64,000 nt of DNA, taken from Candidatus Anstonella stagnisolia. Its GTDB lineage: Archaea > Micrarchaeota > Micrarchaeia > Anstonellales > Anstonellaceae. How positions within the stretch are numbered: the stretch's first letter is position 1; every line of letters begins with the position of its first letter. The stretch covers positions 88,629-152,628 of the forward strand of contig CABMCJ010000002.1 in the NCBI GenBank assembly GCA_902384585.1. The letters run 5' to 3'. Below, one piece after another: positions 9,674-18,901 of the stretch. The notes below the pieces were generated by a model. That model saw only the letters and a program-made list of their open reading frames with translations, was not told where the DNA came from and did no database searches. A program made the position numbers and the translations under genes.

Positions 9674-11221
9674 CTAGCCTTTTTTCAAATTGAATATGTT
9701 CGTGCTGCACTCGCCTTTTTGCTCCATTTGAGCGTTCACGTAGTCAAGAAGGATTTTCCTTATGCGCTCGAATTCCGCCTTGGGAACCTGCTGGTTAAGG
9801 ACTGCGCAGATAAGGGATTTCGCATTGAAGCAGAAAATCGCGTCCTGCACGTTTTCGCAGTTGTGGCAGAAATATGCGTTCGCGCTTGAATACGTGCTGT
9901 CTACCTCGAAAGAATTGCGCAATTTTGTGGAATCAAAGCAGTTTATGCAGAATGCGGAGTGCAGCATGCGCAAGTATCCGCCGAAAATGTGCTCGGATTC
10001 TATTGCTGCGGAAGTGTATGCGGAATTCTTGGAATTCGTGCTGTCCCAGCATTTGTATATTCCAGAACCTGTAAAAATGTCGGGAGTGTCAGCGCAGTTT
10101 ATGTTCTGCCCGTCCATGAATTCAACTGCGAAATATGCGATTTTCCCAACGCGCGAAAGAAGTTCGGAAAGGGAGGGCGATTCGCCTTCCTTTAGGGAAA
10201 TTTTCATTTCTGCGCACTTTTTGCTTTCTTCTAGCGAAACAAGGCGGTCCGCAGGAATGTCGCGCATTATGGGCAGGCCTACTTTGTAGCTGGGGTTCCC
10301 AAACGCGCCTTTCACTTTTTTTATGGGAAGTGCGCGTTTGAGCATGCCAGCGCCGTATTTTTTTATATTTTGGTGTTCTTTGCCAAGCACTATGCGGCAG
10401 GTGGAGCGGAAACCCTCTTCTACCTTTGGGGGAACTGGGGAATCGTACGCAAGCTTTTCCTCAGGAACGTCTTCCTTTCTCCTGCCAACAAACGCAATGT
10501 CTGCAAGGGAGAAGAGGCGCTTGTTTTTGCGCAGCCCCTCAGCCATTTCTGCAAGCAGTTTCTTTTTTAGGGGAAGGAATTTTTCCTGCGGCAACTCCAA
10601 ATTCCCTATCACGTTGCGCTTGGAGCGCAAGTTGAATGCGAAAATGCAATTCTGGCATCCAATGCAGTTTATTGCATAGTACATGTCGCTTATGCTTGCG
10701 CATGAGTATTCCTCAAAGCAGCGGTTTGCGTCTATCCCTTCCCCGCAGCGCATGGAGAACTTTATTTTGGGGTGCGGGGCAAGCCCGAATACGTTTTCTG
10801 ACTCGCGAACTACGGAGAGGTATGCCCCGTTTTTCACGTGGAACACGTTGTGCGAGAAGTGCACGTTTGAGCAGTCCACGCAGTTGTCCACGTCGGAAAT
10901 CTGGAAATTTGTGCCGAAAACCTTGTTGCCGCAGAATATTTGGCGCTCTTGCGCGGCTGCAAGGAGCGAATCAATGTCCTTTATTTCGTTTATGTTAAGC
11001 GGGGCAAATTTGAGCTTTGAAACCTCTTCTTGCGAGACGAATTTTGCGTTCTTTGGGTAAAACGGATGCGATACTACTACGGGCTTGCCTGAGAGTGCGG
11101 ACTTCTGGATTTGGTAAGGCATCATCATTTCCTTTAAGTAAGGCTCAAAGTCCGAAAGCTTCCCAATCTCGCTCCCAAAGAGGATGCGTGAGGTTGAGTC
11201 AAATGCGCTTTGCAAATCCAT
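9674..11221 (-). CDS. Cys-rich repeat protein, fusion of an A-type and a B-type unit
   Basis: Two ~255-aa homologous halves ending NCIGCQNCIFAFNLRSKR and FCHNCENVQDAIFCFNAK; homologous to 35631-36395 and 36397-37158. Confidence 0.85.
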   Translation of the reverse strand: MDLQSAFDSTSRILFGSEIGKLSDFEPYLKEMMMPYQIQKSALSGKPVVVSHPFYPKNAKFVSQEEVSKLKFAPLNINEIKDIDSLLAAAQERQIFCGNKVFGTNFQISDVDNCVDCSNVHFSHNVFHVKNGAYLSVVRESENVFGLAPHPKIKFSMRCGEGIDANRCFEEYSCASISDMYYAINCIGCQNCIFAFNLRSKRNVIGNLELPQEKFLPLKKKLLAEMAEGLRKNKRLFSLADIAFVGRRKEDVPEEKLAYDSPVPPKVEEGFRSTCRIVLGKEHQNIKKYGAGMLKRALPIKKVKGAFGNPSYKVGLPIMRDIPADRLVSLEESKKCAEMKISLKEGESPSLSELLSRVGKIAYFAVEFMDGQNINCADTPDIFTGSGIYKCWDSTNSKNSAYTSAAIESEHIFGGYLRMLHSAFCINCFDSTKLRNSFEVDSTYSSANAYFCHNCENVQDAIFCFNAKSLICAVLNQQVPKAEFERIRKILLDYVNAQMEQKGECSTNIFNLKKG

Positions 11222-11349
11222 GAAGATATGCGGATTAACATATATATTAAAGATTTTATTGAAATTTGACCGAAAAGAAGGAAAAAAGAGAAAAAAGTAT
11301 TAAAAACGGTTAGAAAATGAGAAAGAATTAAATATGGGAAAATGCACAT

Positions 11350-12333
11350 ATGTTTATGGAGAAAATTTCGCTGGATGAGATAGACAGGAAAATTCTTGCA
11401 GAGCTGGACAGGAACTGCCGCATCCCGAATTCTGTGCTTGCGAAAAAGGTGCGCCGCTCAAGGGAGGCTGTGAAGTACAGGATAGAGCAGTTGCAGAAGA
11501 AAGGGGTTATTGAGAAATTCATCACGTCCACAAACCCCAACAAATTCGGGTATTACATGTTCAAGGTGTATTTGAAGCTTGAGAACATACCATCTGAACG
11601 GGAGAAATTCTTTGAGGAGCTGCGAAGGAATAGGGACATTTACTGGATGGGCATTTGTGATGGCGCGTTTGACTGCATTTTTGCAATACTTTCGCGCGAC
11701 ATTACGGGGTATTATGAGAAAATAAATGCGCTTCTTTCAAAATGGAGGCATCTTATTGTGAGCAAGGTGCTTGGGACGATGGTGGACACAAAACAGTACA
11801 ACAAGAAATTCTTTACGGGAGATGAGAACGGAACGTATGTAACGTTTGCGGGGAACGTTGCTGAAAATAAGGTGGACGAGCTTGATGAGAAAATACTGGA
11901 TGTGCTTGCAAATGATGCGAGGATACCGATTAGCGAGCTTGCAAGAAAAGTGAAAAGCAATATGGAGGCTGTGAAGAGGAGAATGAAGAGGATGGAAGAG
12001 GCAGGAGTGATATTGCAGTATAGGATTGCAGTTGATTTCAATAAATTGGGGCTGGAATTCTTCAAGGCGATCATATATTTGAAAACGCTCTCGAAAAAGG
12101 ATGAGGCTGCGCTTGGGGAATGGATGAGAAGGAACCCAAAATCGATTTATTACATACGCAGCATTGCGCCCTGGGACGTGGAATTTGAGTTTGCGGTTGA
12201 GAATTACCAGGAGTTTAATGGGATAATAAATGACTTGAGAAAGTGCTTCCCGCACGTAGTGGGGAATTGTGAGCACGTGATATTCATAGAGGAGAAATGG
12301 ATGCCTGGGTATTTGGAAAGTGCGCAGAAGTAG
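11350..12333 (+). CDS. Tandem (double-unit) Lrp/AsnC transcriptional regulator
   Basis: Two wHTH units (LDEIDRKILAEL..., VDELDEKILDVL..DAR) each followed by a RAM-like domain. Confidence 0.92.
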   Translation: MFMEKISLDEIDRKILAELDRNCRIPNSVLAKKVRRSREAVKYRIEQLQKKGVIEKFITSTNPNKFGYYMFKVYLKLENIPSEREKFFEELRRNRDIYWMGICDGAFDCIFAILSRDITGYYEKINALLSKWRHLIVSKVLGTMVDTKQYNKKFFTGDENGTYVTFAGNVAENKVDELDEKILDVLANDARIPISELARKVKSNMEAVKRRMKRMEEAGVILQYRIAVDFNKLGLEFFKAIIYLKTLSKKDEAALGEWMRRNPKSIYYIRSIAPWDVEFEFAVENYQEFNGIINDLRKCFPHVVGNCEHVIFIEEKWMPGYLESAQK

Positions 12334-13410
12334 TTACTTTTTTGCTAAACTTATTTTCCTGCTTCTCCCGTCCTTGCTGGAAATCTCCTGCGTGGAGAGC
12401 AAGCCCATTTTTTCCAAGTTCTCTAAATGGTTGCGGATTGTGCGCTCGGAAGTTTTGGAGAGAAGGGAGTAGAGTTCGCCGCTAAGAAGGGGCTTTTTCT
12501 TGAGGGATTCTATTATTTGGGCATCTATTTCATCAAGCTGCAGCTCTTTTCGAGCCAAAAAGCCAACTGAGGAAACGCTTTCTCCCTTTACTTTTTGCAC
12601 ATGGGAGATGTCAACGCGCTCTGCACCCTGCCTTTCAGCTTCGCGCCCTGCGCGCCAGAGGACATTGAGAGCTAAGCGCGCATCTCCTCCGTTTTTTGCG
12701 CCCACTGCTGCGCAAAGGGGAAGCACTTCGGGCCCCACTGCATCCGGGAAAAATGCTGCAGTTGCGCGGGAAAGGAGAATTCCCTTGAGTTCGCTTATGC
12801 CGTAGTTGGGGAATTCCACAACGCACTGCGCAAGGGAAGAGCGCACGCGCGAGTCCAGTTTTGAAACGAAATTCTTGTCGTTTGTAATGCCAAGTATCCC
12901 AAGCTTTATGCCGTGCACTTCGGATGCGCGCGCCAAATCGTAGAGCACGCGCTCCTCTTCGTACTGGGAGGCAAGGAGCCGGTCTATTTCATCAAGCACT
13001 ATTATGGGGATTATGCCCGTATTTTTTGCAACGGATACGATGCGCTCAAGCGCTTCGTCCGCTGCAATGCCGCGCCTTGGCATCATTTCGCCGAGTGCGA
13101 AAAGGATGGAAGAGAAAATCCCAAAGCGGGTGGGCACTTCCCAGCAATTCACGTATATTGAGAGGGGCTTGCTGGAGTACTCGCACAGTTCCTTGAGAAC
13201 GTATTTTGCGCTGCTTGTCTTGCCGCTTCCGGGTGGGCCGTATACGAGCACGTTTTCCGGCTGGCGGTTTTCCGAAGCCGGGCGAAGCGCATGCGCAAGG
13301 GAAGAGAGCTGCGCATCCCGAAATTCCATTTCTGTTGGAATGTAATCCGGCTGCAGGGCTGCCTCGAACTTGAATATGCGGCTCTCTGGGGAATGTGAGA
13401 AGAGTCTCAT
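12334..13410 (-). CDS. cdc6: Cdc6/Orc1 replication initiator family AAA+ ATPase
   Basis: LQPDYIP, YGPPGSGKT, YVNC, VLDEID, GDARLAL; real start MRLFSH (the ORF track over-extends it antisense to the MFS gene). Confidence 0.93.
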   Translation of the reverse strand: MRLFSHSPESRIFKFEAALQPDYIPTEMEFRDAQLSSLAHALRPASENRQPENVLVYGPPGSGKTSSAKYVLKELCEYSSKPLSIYVNCWEVPTRFGIFSSILFALGEMMPRRGIAADEALERIVSVAKNTGIIPIIVLDEIDRLLASQYEEERVLYDLARASEVHGIKLGILGITNDKNFVSKLDSRVRSSLAQCVVEFPNYGISELKGILLSRATAAFFPDAVGPEVLPLCAAVGAKNGGDARLALNVLWRAGREAERQGAERVDISHVQKVKGESVSSVGFLARKELQLDEIDAQIIESLKKKPLLSGELYSLLSKTSERTIRNHLENLEKMGLLSTQEISSKDGRSRKISLAKK

Positions 13411-13507
13411 GGATGGAATAGCGGGGCAGAAATTATAATGATTGGGGAACGCTCTGGCGGCTGTGCTGGATACGGGAGCGGGATTATAATTTTTTTGGGC
13501 GCAGTGA

Positions 13508-14638
13508 ATGCAGGTAGATTTAGTGAATATGCTGAAATTCAGGGCATTCAATGCAATGGACGCATTCATTAGCGCAGCATTGGCAGTTCTTGTGCCACTT
13601 GCACTTGCGAGCAGGGGAGTAAGCATTGTATCAATTGGGTGGGTGGTTGCACTCACGCCGCTTGTATTCACGATTTCGCGCACGCTTTTTGCATCCCTTG
13701 CGGACGGGATTGGGACTAAGCCTTTCTTTATGCTCAATGCGGCTACGAATGCTGCTGCGGCTTTCCTGTACATGAACGCGACAAGCGCGAGCGCGTACGT
13801 CTCCGGGCGGTTCCTTGAGGGAGTGAGGGGAGGCTCAATATGGGCAGTGAATAGGCTTGAGGCGCTTGAGCTTAGTGCGGAGAGGAGAATTGAGAAGGAA
13901 TTTGCACGGCTTGCGGGAATGCGCAGCTTTTGCTTTGCGCTTGGGACTATTGGGGCGGGATTTATTGCGGAAAGGATTGGGTTTGAGGGCGCATTCCTTG
14001 GGATGGCAATCCTTGGGGCTGCGGCTTTCCTTTTGAGCCTCACGGTTGGAAGCGGCGGGCTGCATGTGGAGGCATTGCACCTTATTCTTGCGCGCCTTGA
14101 CGTGAGGAAGAAAAGCGCGAAAATGTGGAGGTCTGCTGCGTGCATGGTGCCTGCGATGTCTGCCACTACGCTTCCCCTGAGCTTTCTTTTGCCCCTATAT
14201 TTGAATTCAAAGGGGTTTGGGTATGAGCAAATCGGCGTTGCGATTGCGCTTTATTATCTCACGGATGCGTCTGCAACGCAGTTTGCAATGCGCGTGAAAG
14301 AGATGCGGGACAATGCTGCGTATGCTGCGCTGCTCTTTTGCAGCGGGGTTGCTGTGCTTGTTGCAACAGACATGCCATACATCGGGGTTGTGCTGCTTGC
14401 AATGGGGGACGGGTTTTGCGCGGTCGTATGGGAAGCAGTTATAGTGCACGGGAGCAGGGGGAGCAAGAACTCCGCAACAGACATTGGAATTATGCACATA
14501 CCTGCGCACTTTGTTACTGCAGGGCTGCTTGTTGCGGCAGGGGTGATAGTGAGCATGTTCGGGTTTGCGGCTGCATTTATGCTAAGCGGTGCGCTCATGC
14601 TTACGTATTGCATCATGGTGAGAATTGAGCTGGACTAG
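13508..14638 (+). CDS. MFS transporter
   Basis: About 12 TM helices; LADGIG and IAERIG loop motifs. Confidence 0.85.
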   Translation: MQVDLVNMLKFRAFNAMDAFISAALAVLVPLALASRGVSIVSIGWVVALTPLVFTISRTLFASLADGIGTKPFFMLNAATNAAAAFLYMNATSASAYVSGRFLEGVRGGSIWAVNRLEALELSAERRIEKEFARLAGMRSFCFALGTIGAGFIAERIGFEGAFLGMAILGAAAFLLSLTVGSGGLHVEALHLILARLDVRKKSAKMWRSAACMVPAMSATTLPLSFLLPLYLNSKGFGYEQIGVAIALYYLTDASATQFAMRVKEMRDNAAYAALLFCSGVAVLVATDMPYIGVVLLAMGDGFCAVVWEAVIVHGSRGSKNSATDIGIMHIPAHFVTAGLLVAAGVIVSMFGFAAAFMLSGALMLTYCIMVRIELD

Positions 14639-14743
14639 GAATGCGGGTTAAGAAAATGCGCGTGGGAGTGCATTGATGCGGTTTTTGGGCTGGACTAGTT
14701 AAAGTTAAGAAATAAGCGCGTGTATTGTGCCTGGGAGGAGAAT

Positions 14744-15997
14744 ATGCCACGCTGCGTTGCAGACTTGCACATACACTCAAAGTACTCTAGGGCGACCAGC
14801 CCGAACATGGAGCTGGAAGGGCTTAGCGAGTGGGGCAAGATAAAGGGGATAGATGTAATCGGGACAGGGGACTTCACGCATCCCAAATGGATTAAGGAGC
14901 TTAAGGAGAAAGCGATAGAGGAAGACTCGGGGCTGCTTCTTTTCAATGGGCAGCATTTCATGCTCACTGTGGAGCTTTCAAGCATATATACGGACAAAGG
15001 GAGAGGGAGGAGGATACATCAGGTTGTGCTTGCGCCTTCCTTGGAAATTGCGGAGCAGATTAATGAACGGCTAAAGAAAAAGGGTGCGAACCTTGCTTCG
15101 GATGGGCGGCCGATTATGGGCTTATCCGCACCGGACATTGTGGAGACGATAATGGAAATTTCCCCCAAATGCATGGTGATACCCGCGCACGCATGGACAC
15201 CGTGGTTTTCTGTTTTTGGGTCAAAGAGCGGATTTGATAGCGTAAAGGAGTGCTATGGGGACATGGAAAAGCACATTTATGCGCTTGAGACCGGTCTTTC
15301 TTCAGACCCTGCAATGAACTGGAGGGTGAGCGCGCTGGACAAATATGCGCTTGTATCGAACTCGGACTCGCATTCGCCGCAGAAAATCGGGAGGGAGGCG
15401 AACGTGTTTGAGCTAAATAGGCTTACGTATGATGAGATTGTGGATGCGATTAAGGACAGGAGCAGCGGAAGGTTCAAGCTCACGTACGAGTTTTATCCGG
15501 AAGAGGGGAAATATCATTTGGATGGGCACAGAGATTGTGGGGTGCGGCTCACTCCTGCGCAAACGAAGAAGCTAAAGGGGCTGTGCCCAAAATGCGGCAA
15601 AGCAGTTGTAATTGGGGTGCAGTATAGGGTGGAGGAGCTTGCGGACAGGGAGGAGGGATTTGTTCCGAAAGGGGCTGTTCCTTTTGAGAAGCTTGTGCCG
15701 CTTGCGGAAATAATTGCGAAAGTTCTTGGGGGCACGGAAGCCTCAAAGAAAGTGCTGGAAATGTATGCGGTGCTTGTGAAAGCGTTTGGGAATGAGATTA
15801 AGGTGCTGCACGCGCCTTATGAGCAGCTCAAGCTTGCGAGTGATGAGAGGATTGCAAAAGCGATATGCGATGTGCGAGAGGGGAATATTACGTTCTTGGC
15901 GGGATATGATGGCACTTACGGGGAAATGCATTTTGGGAAAAGGAAAATAGAGCAGGAGGACTATACGAGCAGGCAAAAGAGCATTACGGACTTTTGA
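14744..15997 (+). CDS. endoQ: Endonuclease Q (PHP-family DNA repair nuclease)
   Basis: DLHIHSKYS, GTGDFTHP, PAHAWTPW, NSDSHS, GKYH..GHR.C, CPKCG; C-terminal PIP box QKSITDF. Confidence 0.92.
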   Translation: MPRCVADLHIHSKYSRATSPNMELEGLSEWGKIKGIDVIGTGDFTHPKWIKELKEKAIEEDSGLLLFNGQHFMLTVELSSIYTDKGRGRRIHQVVLAPSLEIAEQINERLKKKGANLASDGRPIMGLSAPDIVETIMEISPKCMVIPAHAWTPWFSVFGSKSGFDSVKECYGDMEKHIYALETGLSSDPAMNWRVSALDKYALVSNSDSHSPQKIGREANVFELNRLTYDEIVDAIKDRSSGRFKLTYEFYPEEGKYHLDGHRDCGVRLTPAQTKKLKGLCPKCGKAVVIGVQYRVEELADREEGFVPKGAVPFEKLVPLAEIIAKVLGGTEASKKVLEMYAVLVKAFGNEIKVLHAPYEQLKLASDERIAKAICDVREGNITFLAGYDGTYGEMHFGKRKIEQEDYTSRQKSITDF

Positions 15998-16054
15998 AGA
16001 AAAGGCGGGCTCAAAGAGCAGCACGGGCTATTGGGAAAAAGCGGGCGCAGGGTA

Positions 16055-17014
16055 CTACGAGCTTTTGAGGGTTAGGGCTGCTGCTTCCAGCTCTTGGGCG
16101 CGCTGTTCAGGGGGAGCAATAAGAATGGCGAAATCCTTAGGCTTATTTTTAGGGTCCCAGTAAGGGACTATGCGCGGCGTTATTGCGAGGTGGAAATGGA
16201 ATTCCGGCCCTTTTGCAGGATGGGTGGAGAAATAACGTATTTTTAAGGGGGCAAAGCCGGTTATTTTATCAAGCGCACCAGTAACGAGCTTGAAAATTTC
16301 AGCCAGGGACTCAAGCGCCCTCGCAGACATGCTGTCAAATGAGGATATGTGCTTTCTTGATATTAATGAGACCTGGTATTCGAATTGGGCGTCAGGAGGG
16401 CAAAGCGCAACGAAATCCTCATTTTCTGCCCATATGTTTTTGGCTGCTGATGCTGCATAGGGGTTTAATGCTTTTGGATGCATCTGGCAGAAATAGCATG
16501 AGCCGTGCTGGAGCATTTTGGAAGCTGCGAGTATGCTGCCGTTTATTTCGTGCGAGCCGATTATATGGGTGTGGGGATGGTTTGTTGGGTTGTTTGGCAA
16601 AAGGTCCTCCTTTGTTAAACCATGAACGTATCTGATGCCGGGCGCGTTGCGTATCCTCGCATATGCCCGTGAAATCAGGGTAAAATTTGCTATAAGCTCT
16701 GCTTTTGAGAGAACGGAAAAGGGGATATTGTGTTTGGGAGTGGGTATAACTATTTGGTGCCCGGGCGTAACGCCATCTGGCGTGTGCTCTATGGATATGC
16801 AGCGCGCTTTCTGAGGGCCGTTTCCAATGCTGTCTATTTCCTGCGGCGGGAAAATGTAGTTGTTTGGGCAGAGCGCGCATTTTGAGTTGAATGCGCGGCC
16901 CATGAGATGGGGCGCAGGGCGGAACTGCAGTTGCAGGCCCGGCTGGGGTCTTAGGAGCATTTGGCCGTGCGGCCCTGTAGTTATTTTGCCTTGCGGCGCA
17001 GCAATTAAGCTCAT
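16055..17014 (-). CDS. GalT/HIT-family nucleotidyltransferase-like protein, divergent
   Basis: CALCP, HPHTH, CYFC, FHFHL.I.PR, PE..A..L motifs of GalT; N-terminal extension. Confidence 0.7.
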   Translation of the reverse strand: MSLIAAPQGKITTGPHGQMLLRPQPGLQLQFRPAPHLMGRAFNSKCALCPNNYIFPPQEIDSIGNGPQKARCISIEHTPDGVTPGHQIVIPTPKHNIPFSVLSKAELIANFTLISRAYARIRNAPGIRYVHGLTKEDLLPNNPTNHPHTHIIGSHEINGSILAASKMLQHGSCYFCQMHPKALNPYAASAAKNIWAENEDFVALCPPDAQFEYQVSLISRKHISSFDSMSARALESLAEIFKLVTGALDKITGFAPLKIRYFSTHPAKGPEFHFHLAITPRIVPYWDPKNKPKDFAILIAPPEQRAQELEAAALTLKSS

Positions 17015-17151
17015 AGTAATCTAAGTGGTATTAGGTCAACAGTTGTATAAATAGGTATGTGTTTTTATAACGGAAAGTCACTTCGGACACGCATACCTTT
17101 TTATATACATATAAACACAGTATAGGTTAGAAGGAATTTAGAGGAGATAAT

Positions 17152-17571
17152 ATGCAAATTTCAAAAGAAATCGACATGGGTAGGGTGAGGAGTACTGTTT
17201 CAGTGCTGAAAGACGGGAAAGGGAATAGCAAGGTTGAGAACGCATTTTATTGCAAGCTTCTTGGGAATATTGATGCAAAACAAAGTGGCGACATAAATGT
17301 TGTTCTTGCGAAAACACGGGAAGACGTAGTTGCTCAAGAGACAGAATATTTGGAAAGGGGCAAAAACAGGATGGCAGTGTATGCAACAGCATTGCTTATA
17401 GGCGGAGCGATAGTTGCATTCACAAAGCCAGTAGTTGGGATTGCATGCATGGCAATTGGCGGGGTGTGCGCGGCAGTTTCTGGCATCAGCGCACTGTTGA
17501 TAAAATTAACCAAAAATGAGGTTAGCGGATTTGTGAATGCGGTGGAGCAGGCACTGCAAAGCGGCAATTAA
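17152..17571 (+). CDS. Hypothetical protein with hydrophobic hairpin
   Basis: GAGGAG SD, TTTATATA promoter, two adjacent hydrophobic segments. Confidence 0.65.
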   Translation: MQISKEIDMGRVRSTVSVLKDGKGNSKVENAFYCKLLGNIDAKQSGDINVVLAKTREDVVAQETEYLERGKNRMAVYATALLIGGAIVAFTKPVVGIACMAIGGVCAAVSGISALLIKLTKNEVSGFVNAVEQALQSGN

Positions 17572-17572
17572 G

Positions 17573-18001
17573 CTATTTCTTTCCTCGTGAGTCCGCAAGT
17601 TTTTTCGCAAGTTCTTTATTTCCAAGCGCGAGTATTTCTATTGCGAGAAGCGCAGCATTTTTTCCGTTGTCTATTCCTACGGTTGCGACTGGGACTCCTG
17701 GGGGAAGCTGCATTGTGGAGAGGAGAGCATCTAATCCGTCAAGCTTCACGTTCACGGGAACGCCGATTACGGGCTTTGTTGTTTTTGAGGCGATTGTGCC
17801 GGGGAGAGCTGCGGACAAGCCTGCTATTCCGATGAAAACTTTTGCGTCGGACTCTTTTACGAGCTTTTCAAGGAGGTCGGGCGTGCGGTGCGCGGATGCA
17901 ACGTCTATTTTGTGCGAGACTGAAAACTCCTTCAGGGTGGCTGCAACTTTCTCTGCGATTGGCATGTCTGTATTGCTTCCAAGGAATATGTGGACATCCA
18001 T
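17573..18001 (-). CDS. purE: N5-CAIR mutase / AIR carboxylase
   Basis: [32 protein letters not shown]. Confidence 0.95.
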   Translation of the reverse strand: MDVHIFLGSNTDMPIAEKVAATLKEFSVSHKIDVASAHRTPDLLEKLVKESDAKVFIGIAGLSAALPGTIASKTTKPVIGVPVNVKLDGLDALLSTMQLPPGVPVATVGIDNGKNAALLAIEILALGNKELAKKLADSRGKK

Positions 18002-18064
18002 ATGGGCACCTCAGAATTATGTGAATTCAAAAGGTTATTAATATTCTCCTTCCAATGCGCAGAT

Positions 18065-18889
18065 ATGGAGATGCGCGTTCTCAAAAACGACGGGACTTTG
18101 GAAACTTTTGACAGGAGGAAGGTGGAGGGCGCGCTCATAAAATCAGGGGCAAGCGGAAGCCTTGCGCGCGAGGTTACGGATATAGTGGAAGGGAAAATGC
18201 ACGAGAACATGAAGACTTCGGAAATTTACAAGCTTGCGTTTGAAACGCTTGCGAGTTATAAGCCGGGGGCGGCGTTTAGGTATGGGCTGAAACGGGCGCT
18301 TTTGGACATGGGGCCTGAGGGGCACGCGTTTGAGACTTATGTGGGCGCTATCCTTGGGGCGCATGGGCATGAGATAAAGTTGCGGCAGGTTTTAAACGGA
18401 AAGTGCATACAGCATGAGGTGGATGTTGTTGCGAAAAAGAACGGAAAAGTAATAGTGTATGAGTGCAAATACCACAACAAGCCGGGGTTAAGGTGCCACA
18501 TACAGAATGCGCTTTATACGTATGCGCGCTTCTTGGATTTGAGGGACACGGGCGCTGCCGAGGCAGGTGCGCTTGCGACCAATACGAAATTCAGCTATGA
18601 TGTAATACAGTATGCGCAGTGCGTAAAATTGGGATTGCTGGGATGGAGCTATCCGCAAACCGGAAGCCTGCAGGAGCTTATAGAGGCGCAAAAGCTTTAT
18701 CCTGTGAATATGCTTACGGGCGTGGATCGGCACATTTTCTATAGGCTGCACGATGCGAACATCATTACGGTAAAGGAATTTCTTTTGGCGACTGATGCGC
18801 AGCTTGAGAAGGCGAGCGTGCCAAGCAAAGCTATAGAGAAAATAAGGCAGCAGGCGCGCGAAGTAATGAACGGGAATGGGAAGCACTAG
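18065..18889 (+). CDS. ATP-cone domain fused to Mrr-like PD-(D/E)xK nuclease
   Basis: VLKNDG..E.FD..K ATP cone; G..FE, EVDVVA, YECKYH nuclease motifs. Confidence 0.85.
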   Translation: MEMRVLKNDGTLETFDRRKVEGALIKSGASGSLAREVTDIVEGKMHENMKTSEIYKLAFETLASYKPGAAFRYGLKRALLDMGPEGHAFETYVGAILGAHGHEIKLRQVLNGKCIQHEVDVVAKKNGKVIVYECKYHNKPGLRCHIQNALYTYARFLDLRDTGAAEAGALATNTKFSYDVIQYAQCVKLGLLGWSYPQTGSLQELIEAQKLYPVNMLTGVDRHIFYRLHDANIITVKEFLLATDAQLEKASVPSKAIEKIRQQAREVMNGNGKH

Positions 18890-18901
18890 TTTCTTTGGAA
18901 A

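Noticed and set aside
13411-14166. 610-aa ORF suggesting an N-terminally extended Cdc6
   Set aside because: The extension is the antisense shadow of the MFS gene; Cdc6 homology begins at 13410
14629-14698. GCTGGACTAG repeated 60 nt apart after the MFS gene
   Set aside because: Only 10 bp with nothing element-like between; compatible with chance
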